From contig CAYXWV010000011.1 in NCBI GenBank assembly GCA_964468875.1, positions 303-64,302 on the forward strand: a stretch of 64,000 nt of DNA. The letters are read 5' to 3'. Positions within the stretch are counted from its first letter, which is position 1. Every line of letters begins with the position of its first letter. This DNA is from an uncultured Anaerolinea sp. Lineage in GTDB: Bacteria; Chloroflexota; Anaerolineae; Anaerolineales; Anaerolineaceae. Made by a program: the position numbers and the translations under genes. Of the stretch, positions 26,930 through 35,779 are shown in pieces. The notes beneath the pieces were generated by a model that was given only the letters and a program-made list of their open reading frames with translations, had not been told where the DNA came from and ran no database searches.

Positions 26930-27792
26930 TATTCCTCTTCCAGATCAGGCTGCTCAGCTTCAGACAGTTGATTAAGGATTGCATTTAACTGTGTCTCGAC
27001 CAAAGCATCGGCGGTTCCCCACTCACCTTGAATATAACAACCACCTCGTTTTATAGAATCATTAGAAATAATTTCTACTTTATGTCCCAAGAGTGAAACC
27101 TGATATTCTCTCCAATCTGGTCCAAGTGCAAGAACGTCGTCTGGATGCATGTATATACGCAAATCGTCTAAAGATCTGGCTGATTCAAGCACAGAAGAAA
27201 AATGTTGCTGCAAAGTTATTGGGTCCAATGCTACCCCTTCACCGAACATCTTTTGTGCCATCTTTTTGACCAGATCCATAATCATGGGTTCGGCCTGGCT
27301 CATCATATCTGATCGCCATTCACGAGCTACATTGATAACAGAAACTGCTGCTTGCAATGTTTCACGCATCTCGTTTTTTGCGTTGTCTAAACCTTCTTGC
27401 AGAGCTTCTTGACGAATCTTTTTTGCTGAATCTTGTGCTTCGGCGATAATCTCATCTGCTCTGCTTTTAGCTTCAGCAATAATTCGATCAACTTCTAATT
27501 GCGGATCAGGTTGTTCAACAACTTCATTAACCGGAAGAAAAGTCTTTTTTTCAGGCTGCACTTCAACTTCAGAAGGTATCCACGATTGAGCTTCATTCAA
27601 TCCTTCCGCTGCCTTGATCAATCTTGAATTAACAATCTTTTTTCGTGGATCATTATCAAGTTGAAACATGCTTAAATTATTTCGTACTTGATCCATTCGA
27701 GAATACTCTGTCTTGGCAATTTCCAGCGGCGTCCAGGATTCTATTTGATTCGTGCTTTCTGTTGACCGGATAAGATTATTGAATGATTTCAT
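26929..27792 (-). CDS. fliH: Flagellar export protein FliH
   Basis: Start taken at the ATG at 27792 (MKSFNNL), with RBS GGAGGAG upstream. It has a coiled-coil region and a C-terminal FliH domain (IYMHPDD...GGCYIQGEWGTADALVETQL). Confidence 0.8.
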   Translation of the reverse strand: MKSFNNLIRSTESTNQIESWTPLEIAKTEYSRMDQVRNNLSMFQLDNDPRKKIVNSRLIKAAEGLNEAQSWIPSEVEVQPEKKTFLPVNEVVEQPDPQLEVDRIIAEAKSRADEIIAEAQDSAKKIRQEALQEGLDNAKNEMRETLQAAVSVINVAREWRSDMMSQAEPMIMDLVKKMAQKMFGEGVALDPITLQQHFSSVLESARSLDDLRIYMHPDDVLALGPDWREYQVSLLGHKVEIISNDSIKRGGCYIQGEWGTADALVETQLNAILNQLSEAEQPDLEEE

Positions 27793-28792
27793 AATCTTCT
27801 CCTCCTCCGGCAAGCACAATTTCTCCTGCCTCTTCCAGTGCTCTTACAGCATCAACCAAGCGGCGCTGTGAAGCATAGACATTTTTCGCCAACTGCGGAC
27901 CAAGAATTTCAATTTCTTCTTGCAAATTTTCTCGTGCCCGTTCGGATAAACATCTGAAGATTAAATCTTTTAGTTTGTCTGTTGATGACTTTAAAGCCAA
28001 CGCAAGGTCAGATTTTGATACATCCCTCAATACACGCTGCATTGTCTTTTCATCCAATTTACTCAAATCGTCAAAAGTAAACATATTAGAGTGAATTTCT
28101 TCAACTAACTTTGGATTCGTTGAATCAAGTGCTTCAAAGATAGTCTTTTGAACTCCACGGTCGACTTGATTTAACATTTTTACCAGGAACGAAACACCAC
28201 CAGTAGCTCTAAAATCAGCTTCAGTCATTACACCAGATAATTTGTTCTTCAAATCTCTCTCAACAACCTGTACAACTTGTGGTGATACCCGATCCATAAC
28301 CGCTAGTCGAAGAACAACTTCTATCTGTAAATCTTTTGTCATCGAGGTTAGAATATCTGCAGCAACCTTCGCTTCTAGGTAAGACAATACCAGTGCTATA
28401 GTCTGCGGCATTTCATCTTCCAATAAGGTGGCGACCTGCGCTGGATCAGCACTTCTCAACATCTCAAATGATGATAGTGTTTGATGAGCCGAAATTCTCT
28501 CCAGGATTTCTGCTCCACGACGCGGCCCAACCGCTCTTGCAAGTAACTGTCTGCTATACTCTACTCCACCGCCATGCAAGCCTGAACCAGTCTGAGTAAT
28601 CTCATAAGCTTCTTGTAATGCAAGACTATGAATCTCAGGAGGAATTGTGGCTGCTTTTGATAAGGCCATTAATACTCGTTCAATTTCCCCTTCCCCCAAA
28701 TATTGCAGGACTTTGGAAGAGTTGTCGACGCCAAGACTTAACAATAGCGTTGATGCCTTATCAAGACCGGTTGCAGTAGTGTAATTACTCAT
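27776..28792 (-). CDS. fliG: Flagellar motor switch protein FliG
   Basis: 338 aa. ...MFTFDDL... and the C-terminal torque helix region RARENLQEEIEILGP...VYASQRRLVDAVRALEEAGEI. Confidence 0.93.
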   Translation of the reverse strand: MSNYTTATGLDKASTLLLSLGVDNSSKVLQYLGEGEIERVLMALSKAATIPPEIHSLALQEAYEITQTGSGLHGGGVEYSRQLLARAVGPRRGAEILERISAHQTLSSFEMLRSADPAQVATLLEDEMPQTIALVLSYLEAKVAADILTSMTKDLQIEVVLRLAVMDRVSPQVVQVVERDLKNKLSGVMTEADFRATGGVSFLVKMLNQVDRGVQKTIFEALDSTNPKLVEEIHSNMFTFDDLSKLDEKTMQRVLRDVSKSDLALALKSSTDKLKDLIFRCLSERARENLQEEIEILGPQLAKNVYASQRRLVDAVRALEEAGEIVLAGGGEDYEIIQ

Positions 28793-28794
28793 AA

Positions 28795-30438
28795 TTATTT
28801 TTCATCCTCAGACAACCAAAGTTGAATGATTTCAGCAACTGTAGCAGGTGATTCTTCACTTAATCGAGTTAATACCTTCTGCATCTGTTCATCTTCTGCA
28901 GATATCGACTGTCGTTTTGGAAGTTCTACCTGAACAGGTGGCGCTACTGGTTCTGGTGTTGGAATGGTCTGCACTGGAGCAGGGATGGTTGGATTAATCA
29001 TCGGGGCAACAGCCGGCGATTGAAGAGCATTATCAGAAACGCTTTTCATCACTGGAACCCAAGCATCACTAGATGCCAATTTTAGGTTCTTTAAGAGCTT
29101 TTGCACGTATAAAAGCAAAATCACAAACAGGAGTACTGCTCCACCGATTTTCGCGTATTGGATGATCGAACTGGTTTTAACAGCAGCTTCCATTTCTGCT
29201 GCTTGATCGGCGTAATATGTCCGATCAAAAACAATCGATTCAACGGATAAAGAATCACCACGGTTCTGGTCTATGCCCACTGCTGCTGCTACTGCATTTC
29301 TTAACACATTTATTTGTGTTGGATCAGTGACCGAATCAACTAGAACCGAAACAGTTATTTGCTTTATCTGTCCAGGTTGAATAATCTCATGAGATTGAGT
29401 GGTAGTGATTTCATAGTTGGTAGTGGTATCTGTTTTCATATAACTGGTGGTGCCAGTAGTGCTACCTGTTGTTGATGGAACTGCGGTAGGTAAATTGCTG
29501 GCTGCCCCAGGAACACCGCCTGTTGTGGTTCCATTTGTCACATAAGACTCAGAAATAACTGAAGATGATCGGATAGCCGCCGGTGTGGGCTCAAATGTAT
29601 TCGATGTTACTTCTCTTTGTGTCCAATCAAGTGTCACATTTGCTTGAACGATTGCTTTGTCAGGACCCAATACAGAATCCAGCATTTGTTGAGCTTTATT
29701 TTGGATTTCTCTTGCGGCCGCAACCTCAGCAGCACGTCTTTCGTCAGAAATAGCAGCTGCTGCACCGTCTGCTCCACTTGAAGCTCCAGACGCCAACATT
29801 GTTCCGTCACTATCGACAACAACTACGTTTTCTGCTGTCAACCCTTCAATACTACTTGCTACCAGATGAGTGATCGCTTTGACCTGACCGATATCCAGTG
29901 AAGTTCCAGATTTTGTCTTTACCATAATCGAGGCAGATGGGGCTTTTTGTTCTGAAGTTAATAAGGTTTCTTCAGGAATAACAATATGAACTCTGACTGC
30001 TTCGATGGCATTTAAACTGGCTATGGTCCTTTCCAATTCTCCTTCAATTGCCCGTTGATAATTTACTTTCTGTGTAAACTCGGTCATGCCAAGCGAACTC
30101 TGACTGAAAATCTCATAACCAACTGTTGATCCTGAAGAAGGTAAACCAGCGCTGGCCATTTTTAGTCGCACATCATATACCCGATCTGATGGAACCAAAA
30201 TCGTAGAAGAACCCTCCAAACGATAATCAATTCCTTGTGTGGTAAGTTCTTCCACTACGGCAGCCGCATCAGATTCACTGAGTCCGCTGAATGCAACTGC
30301 ATACGTTGTTTTGGTTGCCCAAGTAATTAATACAGGAATAAGAATCAGACAAGCCAAGACCAATGTAATCATGGTAATTTTCTGACTTGTCTTTTGTTTT
30401 TTCCAAAAAGCGAGAAACTGCTGTTGAAGAGCTAACAT
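28795..30438 (-). CDS. fliF: MS-ring protein FliF
   Basis: 547 aa. N-terminal TM, YscJ/FliF ring domains (VAFSGLSESDAAAVVEELTTQGIDYRL), a second TM, and a C-terminal FliG-binding tail. Confidence 0.92.
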   Translation of the reverse strand: MLALQQQFLAFWKKQKTSQKITMITLVLACLILIPVLITWATKTTYAVAFSGLSESDAAAVVEELTTQGIDYRLEGSSTILVPSDRVYDVRLKMASAGLPSSGSTVGYEIFSQSSLGMTEFTQKVNYQRAIEGELERTIASLNAIEAVRVHIVIPEETLLTSEQKAPSASIMVKTKSGTSLDIGQVKAITHLVASSIEGLTAENVVVVDSDGTMLASGASSGADGAAAAISDERRAAEVAAAREIQNKAQQMLDSVLGPDKAIVQANVTLDWTQREVTSNTFEPTPAAIRSSSVISESYVTNGTTTGGVPGAASNLPTAVPSTTGSTTGTTSYMKTDTTTNYEITTTQSHEIIQPGQIKQITVSVLVDSVTDPTQINVLRNAVAAAVGIDQNRGDSLSVESIVFDRTYYADQAAEMEAAVKTSSIIQYAKIGGAVLLFVILLLYVQKLLKNLKLASSDAWVPVMKSVSDNALQSPAVAPMINPTIPAPVQTIPTPEPVAPPVQVELPKRQSISAEDEQMQKVLTRLSEESPATVAEIIQLWLSEDEK

Positions 30439-30464
30439 TGATTATTTCCTTGATGTACTTAATC

Positions 30465-30773
30465 CTAAACGCTCATTCTCATGATTTCACGATATGCATC
30501 AACCAACTTATCCCTAATTGCCATGGCTACACGGAAATTGACATCGTTTTCAGTTGAAGCAATCATTACATCAGCTATATCAACATCTTCACCGCTGGCC
30601 AGCTTTGTAAGCATGGCGTCTGCGGTTTGTGAAGATTCATTTAGCGAATTCAAGACATCACCGAACGATTTTCCAACACTTCCGGCTGAATCAGCAATTG
30701 TATTCGCTTTGCTGCTTTGTGCAGCTCCTTTGATGCCGTTTGAATAAACTGAAGATACCGAAGAAATATCCAT
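30465..30773 (-). CDS. fliE: Hook-basal body complex protein FliE
   Basis: 102 aa. FGDVLNSLNESSQTAD...DVMIASTENDVNFRVAMAIRDKLVDAYREIMRM. Confidence 0.88.
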   Translation of the reverse strand: MDISSVSSVYSNGIKGAAQSSKANTIADSAGSVGKSFGDVLNSLNESSQTADAMLTKLASGEDVDIADVMIASTENDVNFRVAMAIRDKLVDAYREIMRMSV

Positions 30774-30788
30774 AACGTATCCTTATCT

Positions 30789-31244
30789 CTATCTTCCAAT
30801 GTTGAGTGCTTTAAGCGCCATATTTTTACTGGCATCCACAACTGCTAAATTTGCCTCATAAGATCTGGTGGCTGAAAGCATATTTGTCATTTCTGTGACA
30901 ATATCCACGTTTGGATAGGTGACATACCCACTGTCATCAGCATCTGGATGACTTGGATCGTAAACCTTTGTGCCCTCAGAATCATCTGTGAAAATTTTAG
31001 CAACCTGAACACCCTGTTCGCTTCCACCAAGGGGAATGGAATTTCCCAAACGATTGGCAATAAAATCAGGAATTCCTGCCTGCGTGTTTGCAGCTGTAAA
31101 CACTACTTCCTGCCTCTTGTACGGTCCACCATCATCGGTTTTTGTAGTCTGGGCATTGGCAATATTATTGGAAATAATATCCAGCCTTAACCGTTGCGCT
31201 GAAAGCGCACTGGCACTGACTCTCAAATTACTCCAAAAACTCAT
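30789..31244 (-). CDS. flgC: Proximal rod protein FlgC
   Basis: LRVSASALSAQRLRLDIISNNIANAQTT...GGPYKRQEVVF and C-terminal YVTYPNVDIVTEMTNMLSATRSYEANL. Confidence 0.92.
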   Translation of the reverse strand: MSFWSNLRVSASALSAQRLRLDIISNNIANAQTTKTDDGGPYKRQEVVFTAANTQAGIPDFIANRLGNSIPLGGSEQGVQVAKIFTDDSEGTKVYDPSHPDADDSGYVTYPNVDIVTEMTNMLSATRSYEANLAVVDASKNMALKALNIGR

Positions 31245-31299
31245 ATTTACTCCTTAACCAATTATGGTTTTCTCTGGAGTAATCGTAACATGAGTGACT

Positions 31300-31328
31300 A
31301 TTCTATTCTGTAAAGGGGGGGTGAACAA
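31300..31328 (-). promoter_or_regulatory. Candidate sigma-70-type promoter for the flgC operon with a C7 tract in the spacer
   Basis: On the minus strand: TTGTTC (31328-31323), a 17-nt spacer that includes C7 (G7 on the plus strand at 31315-31321), then TAGAAT (31305-31300). It lies about 55 nt upstream of the flgC ATG. The -35 element is weak. Confidence 0.3.
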
Positions 31329-31412
31329 TAAATAAAAAAAGCGTGAAACCAGTTAAATTTCAAGTTGGGCACCCACTAATGGACACCCATATACTTGAAT
31401 ATGTTATTTATT

Positions 31413-31781
31413 CTATGCCGGTGTTTCGATCGCGATACGTGAAGACTGAAGTGGCATAGCAGTAAGCGGTGTAACTTTCTTTTCTGTTTGAACCCATGCG
31501 TTTCGCAATTCTGATAATGCGTTCTTCGCGCTGTTGTAATCACCTTGTCGAATACAATCCAGGCACCATTGATATACTCTGAACAATCCCAATGCAACAT
31601 CTTGATATTCGAAGTTTAAGGCATCTCGTAATACGCTAATGGATCTGGTTGCTTTTTCAAAATCTTTGCGTTCGCAAGATTGAATAGCCAAATCGTACGC
31701 CATTACCACTAAACGAAGAGGACTAGCTCCGAGAACATCTTGTTGTCGATATTCTTGACTTCTGTAGGGTTGTTGATACAT
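31413..31781 (-). CDS. fliS: Flagellin-specific export chaperone FliS
   Basis: 122 aa. ASPLRLVVMAYDLAIQSCERKDFEKATRSISVLRDALNFE is the typical FliS four-helix pattern. Confidence 0.88.
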   Translation of the reverse strand: MYQQPYRSQEYRQQDVLGASPLRLVVMAYDLAIQSCERKDFEKATRSISVLRDALNFEYQDVALGLFRVYQWCLDCIRQGDYNSAKNALSELRNAWVQTEKKVTPLTAMPLQSSRIAIETPA

Positions 31782-31821
31782 GCTAATTCTCCTGATTCAA
31801 TTCTGTTGTCATCATATTTTT

Positions 31822-31850
31822 AATATCGGTTTTTTTGACAACATCTTTAG
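31822..31850 (-). promoter_or_regulatory. Sigma-28-type promoter upstream of fliS
   Basis: On the minus strand: CTAAAG-N14-ACCGATAT. The -10 element ends about 40 nt before the fliS ATG. Confidence 0.45.
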
Positions 31851-31883
31851 CGAATCATAGTTAATTGTTCGTTAATTTGTGTA

Positions 31884-32207
31884 TTAAGCAAAAATCGAAA
31901 CAAGGTCACCGCGGGAAAGGTTCTTCAACTCGTCAGATGGAATCGTGCGAATGATCTGGCGGCTGGCTTTGTCAAGAACCAAAACGGTAACGTCGTTTGT
32001 TTTCGAATCAACGACAAACTTCAGACGAACATCTCCATTCAGCACAGGAGCTGCTTGAGACTCTGAAGATTTGGATGTAGCAGCACTATCTTGCGATGAG
32101 GCAGCTTCCATCGGCGATGATGTTTCGACTGGATTTGGCGCGTCTACCTGTACAACTCCTGCGCCGTAATCCACTTGCCCTACTTTACTTACTCTATTTA
32201 TTGTCAT
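31884..32207 (-). CDS. flaG: FlaG-family flagellar protein
   Basis: Start taken at the ATG at 32207 with RBS GGAGGG. The C-terminus VRLKFVVDSKTNDVTVLVLDKASRQIIRTIPSDELKNL is the FlaG signature. Confidence 0.8.
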   Translation of the reverse strand: MTINRVSKVGQVDYGAGVVQVDAPNPVETSSPMEAASSQDSAATSKSSESQAAPVLNGDVRLKFVVDSKTNDVTVLVLDKASRQIIRTIPSDELKNLSRGDLVSIFA

Positions 32208-32280
32208 TTTTCCCTCCGGCATCATGCCTGAGATCTTGAATCTGACTTTTCAATAAACCAGTTCCTTCTGGTTTTCACAC

Positions 32281-33990
32281 TTAAGAATAAATATTAAGCG
32301 ATGAAATCCACGATGAATTCGTTGATTGTTGATAGCTTAGAAGCGTCATCTGCGATTGAACTTCAACATATTGCTTTGTCAGGTAAGCTCTTTTTTGATC
32401 GAGCCTTGTGTTCCACTTTTCGATCTGATCAGTAACATTTTCAGTTTGGTCTTCTGTCGCACTGATCATCTGATCAACATATGCAGTTTTTCCTGAAAAT
32501 TTGGACAGTGAATCTGTCATACTCTTCATTACGCGGTCAAATATCGCGGTTACCTCAGAATATCGGGTTGTCAGGGCTGTGGTCAGATCGCTATCATTTG
32601 TAATACCAAGGGTAGTGCTGTCAACAGCCGTAATACCAATCTCACGCATGGATTTATAGATACCGCCTGTGGCATCATATTTTGTGAATAAATTCATCAA
32701 GTTATAGCGTAATGAAGACAGCGATTGATCTCCAGATAACTGCCCGCGGGTATAGGTGTCATCTGCGTTCTTCGTGACTGCCATTTTTCCAGTTAGATAG
32801 CTCTGAAGAGCGTTGAAATTCGTAACAAAACTATTGACTGCAGACTTCATGGCGGTGGAATCAGCCTTAATATTAATGGTTGCTGTTTGACCTTCTGCGT
32901 CTGATGCCAGGTTAAGGGTTACACCAGCGATCACATCTGAGAGGCCGGTGTTATTTGATCTGGTGACTGACATTCCTTCCACTTTGAAACTGGCATCTCC
33001 AGCGGTTTGCATCACATTCTTGAAACTTGAGCCTGACAAAATTCCAAGATCTTCCAAAATAGTTCCACTTGCCATGATGCTGTGTGCGCTGCCCGTGTTT
33101 TTAGCACTGATGATCAATTGTTTGTTAATAATAGTGGCTGACACTTCATTCCCAGAGCCATAGACACCGTTGTTAATTGCGTCTGCGATATCCACCAAAG
33201 ACATATCGCTGGTCACATTGATTTCGGCACCTTTTGCGGTGTAACTCACACTTTCAGCCCCGGAGGATTTTGTGGCTGCCACGTAGGTGTCTGGATTACT
33301 TCCAAATTCAATGGTTAATCCTCTTCCGGTATCATAAGAACCGCCGCCGGTAGGGATGTTTTGCCAATTTACTGAGTATGTATTCTCACCAGTTTTGGTT
33401 TTTACAGCATTTCCTTCGCCGTCTACAAGCCTGAACTGCCATTCTCCGGATGTGTTTTTGCGAGTCTCAACATAATAAGTACCGGTTCCAAGTTCTTTCT
33501 GACCCAGTTCTATACTAGGAGTAGTACCAAAATTGATTTCTCCAGATGTATTTTTCACGAATGCCCGTTCAGATGCCCCTCCTATAATGAAGGTTCCGGT
33601 TTTGGATAGGGCTTGATCAGAATATTCCTGCACATCTGACCTTACTTTATGGTTTTTTGCCAGAACTATGTTGCTGATTGTATAAGATCCAGCCACCGCA
33701 GCACTTGATACGCTTGCACTGGCAACTGTCTTTTCACTATCTCCAGGTGTAATGGATATGCTTTTTCCTTCTTTTAAGGCATAAAAAGGGTCCGAGCTCA
33801 ACAAAGCTTTTGATGAAGATTTTAGTGATTCAAGTTTGATCTTGAGGTCTGCATAGACTGCTTTCATTGTATTCAACTCAGTCTTTTTATCCTCAAGCCT
33901 GGTTAAAGGTTGACTTTCCAATTGGATTTGATAATTAATCAAATTGGTATATGTTGAACTCAATGTTGTGGTGGCACTTGTGTCGGCCAT
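32281..33990 (-). CDS. fliD: Filament cap protein FliD
   Basis: 569 aa. N-terminus LINYQIQLESQPLTRLEDKKTELNTMKAVYADLK and a C-terminal FliD_C region (LDQKRAYLTKQYVEVQSQMTLLSYQ). Confidence 0.9.
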   Translation of the reverse strand: MADTSATTTLSSTYTNLINYQIQLESQPLTRLEDKKTELNTMKAVYADLKIKLESLKSSSKALLSSDPFYALKEGKSISITPGDSEKTVASASVSSAAVAGSYTISNIVLAKNHKVRSDVQEYSDQALSKTGTFIIGGASERAFVKNTSGEINFGTTPSIELGQKELGTGTYYVETRKNTSGEWQFRLVDGEGNAVKTKTGENTYSVNWQNIPTGGGSYDTGRGLTIEFGSNPDTYVAATKSSGAESVSYTAKGAEINVTSDMSLVDIADAINNGVYGSGNEVSATIINKQLIISAKNTGSAHSIMASGTILEDLGILSGSSFKNVMQTAGDASFKVEGMSVTRSNNTGLSDVIAGVTLNLASDAEGQTATINIKADSTAMKSAVNSFVTNFNALQSYLTGKMAVTKNADDTYTRGQLSGDQSLSSLRYNLMNLFTKYDATGGIYKSMREIGITAVDSTTLGITNDSDLTTALTTRYSEVTAIFDRVMKSMTDSLSKFSGKTAYVDQMISATEDQTENVTDQIEKWNTRLDQKRAYLTKQYVEVQSQMTLLSYQQSTNSSWISSLNIYS

Positions 33991-34065
33991 ACTTCACCTC
34001 TTCGTTCCTGCAAAAACCTTAACCAATGGTAAAACAAAAAAATCTTTCTATCGTCCTTATACTCA

Positions 34066-34093
34066 TTAACGGCATCTTTTCAAAAAACTTAAG
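34066..34093 (-). promoter_or_regulatory. Sigma-28-type promoter upstream of fliD
   Basis: On the minus strand: CTTAAG-N14-GCCGTTAA. It is nearly identical to the fliC promoter and lies about 75 nt upstream of the fliD ATG. Confidence 0.5.
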
Positions 34094-34129
34094 TAAAAAT
34101 AGACACCAATTTCAAAATAGGTACTAAAT

Positions 34130-34162
34130 AACAAAACTGGCCCGGATGACCGGGCCAGTTTT
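34130..34162 (-). terminator. Rho-independent terminator after fliC (bidirectional in form)
   Basis: Stem CTGGCCCGG-ATGA-CCGGGCCAG (9 bp, GC-rich), flanked by A4 and T4. On the minus strand it is followed by TTTTGTTATTT. Confidence 0.7.
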
Positions 34163-34178
34163 AGACCTACTTGAAAGA

Positions 34179-35414
34179 TTATTGGAACAGAGAGAGCAAG
34201 AACTGAGGAGCGGCGTTTGCCTGGGCCAACATCGCGGTGGATGTCTGCTGCAGGATTTGCAGCTTGCTTGCGTTCACTTGTTCTTCTGCCATATCAGCGT
34301 TCATAATTCGGTTGTAAGAAGCCTGAACGTTGATGCGGGCAGCCGAGATCTGGTCTTCCTTGAAGGTGAAGGACCCGGTCATGGCGCCGATCTTGGAAAG
34401 TTGACCGTTCACCGTGTCAATTGCAGTTCCAACTTTGGTCATGTATGCAGAGAAAGTGGCAGCGTCTACAAGAGTGTTAAGATTCGCTGATCCTTCTTTT
34501 GTATACTGGATTGATTGGTCAGCGTGAACTCCAACAAGTGAAGCACTGTTGATGGCGATGCTCAACCCATTTCCCAAAGTGATTGTGGTAGAACCAGTAT
34601 TTGCAATCGTAACCGTACGAGTTCCAGCCTTCGCTCCACCAGCAACACCGTCTGAGTCAAGTTCAATAACTTCACCAGCAGAATCACGTAGTTGAACGGT
34701 GGCACTAACAGAAGAGTGCATTTCAACAGAAACTGTGTAATCTCCCGTTTCAAGCTCACTGAATCCAGCCAGAACTGTAGTCGATGACGCTGAAGCGTTT
34801 GTGATTGCGGATGAAGCTAAAGCAGTGTCACCAGCAGCAGAGAATGTTCCTGAAACGCTGGAAGTTGCTGCGACATTGACCAATCCCAACTGTCCAGCAC
34901 TAAGATTAACCAATCCAGATAATTCAGTGGTCTCGCCTTCATCAGCACCAGTCTGGAAGACAAGTTTACCAGTGTTATATGTACCGTCGATCAACTTATT
35001 GCCATTCCATTTGGTTTGGTTGACAATATCATTAATCTGAGAGGCATAGGAGAGCATTTGCTCGCGGATGATGCCACGTTCGGTTGAGCCCATGGTATCA
35101 GAAGCCGCAGCTTCAGCCTTGTTGCGCATCTGGATGAGGATGTCGTTCAAGCGGCCCAAGCCAGATTCGGCAACTGCCAACAGGTTCTTGGCATCACCAA
35201 TATTCTCGAGAGCGACTTTCAAACCTTCGCTGCGGGATAACATTTTCGTGGAAATTGACAAACCCGCGGGATCGTCAGCAGCGCTGTTTAAGCGTTTACC
35301 AGTAGCCAGACGGGTCGTATGAACAGACAATTGTTTGTTGATGTTATTCAACGAATACAGCGCGTTCATAGCGCCAATGTTACCAGCAATTCTAGTTACA
35401 TCACTATCAGCCAT
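34179..35414 (-). CDS. fliC: Flagellin
   Basis: 411 aa. Conserved N-terminus (LATGKRLNSAADDPAGLSISTKM) and C-terminus (RIMNADMAEEQVNASKLQILQQTSTAMLAQANAAPQ). The central domain is Ser/Thr/Ala-rich. Confidence 0.95.
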   Translation of the reverse strand: MADSDVTRIAGNIGAMNALYSLNNINKQLSVHTTRLATGKRLNSAADDPAGLSISTKMLSRSEGLKVALENIGDAKNLLAVAESGLGRLNDILIQMRNKAEAAASDTMGSTERGIIREQMLSYASQINDIVNQTKWNGNKLIDGTYNTGKLVFQTGADEGETTELSGLVNLSAGQLGLVNVAATSSVSGTFSAAGDTALASSAITNASASSTTVLAGFSELETGDYTVSVEMHSSVSATVQLRDSAGEVIELDSDGVAGGAKAGTRTVTIANTGSTTITLGNGLSIAINSASLVGVHADQSIQYTKEGSANLNTLVDAATFSAYMTKVGTAIDTVNGQLSKIGAMTGSFTFKEDQISAARINVQASYNRIMNADMAEEQVNASKLQILQQTSTAMLAQANAAPQFLLSLFQ

Positions 35415-35593
35415 TTCAAACCTCCATGTTTGAATAAAAATTTGGGGATCCTTCCCCTTTTTGTGTGAGCTGAGGTCTTGCGGTATCGGGGTTCAGCTCC
35501 GGGGTTCCGATACTCTTTTTGTTGTTGCTCATCCAATAATCTTCTTCGATATGCCCTCGCTTCATACTTTCAGAGTTATTGTTTCTAGTTACA
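35415..35593 (-). promoter_or_regulatory. Long fliC 5' leader with GGA-motif hairpins (putative CsrA sites)
   Basis: On the mRNA strand: GGGGAAGGAUCCCC (35457-35444), with GGA inside the AAGGAU loop; AUGGAGG over the SD (35421-35427); and a GUAUCGG...CCGAUAC stem enclosing CGGAG. Confidence 0.5.
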
Positions 35594-35621
35594 TTAACGG
35601 CACCTGTTCCTAAAACTTAAG
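35594..35621 (-). promoter_or_regulatory. Sigma-28-type promoter of fliC
   Basis: On the minus strand: CTTAAG-N14-GCCGTTAA. It lies about 180 nt upstream of the fliC ATG. Confidence 0.55.
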
Positions 35622-35703
35622 CAGTTTTTTTGATTAATCTTTCTTAATAAAACTAGTGTTATTCATCAATTAGTTCGATTTACTCTTGAATAGCTTTTAT
35701 TAC

Positions 35704-35751
35704 CAGAAAAAGAAAATCCTCTAGAGCTATTGGTTGATAACTTCAGAGGAT
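35704..35751 (-). terminator. Putative terminator after the methyltransferase gene
   Basis: Stem ATCCTCT/AGAGGAT with a roughly 22-nt loop. On the minus strand it is followed by TTTTCTTTTTC. Confidence 0.45.
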
Positions 35752-35779
35752 TTGTTCTAATAAATATTGCGAATCTAAA

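Noticed and set aside
31376-31600. 74-aa minus-strand ORF overlapping fliS
   Set aside because: It is an alternative frame of fliS with no RBS. FliS homology is in the other frame.
34146-34490. 114-aa plus-strand ORF overlapping the fliC 3' end and terminator
   Set aside because: It lies antisense to the flagellin gene, whose frame is unambiguous. There is no RBS and no family resemblance.
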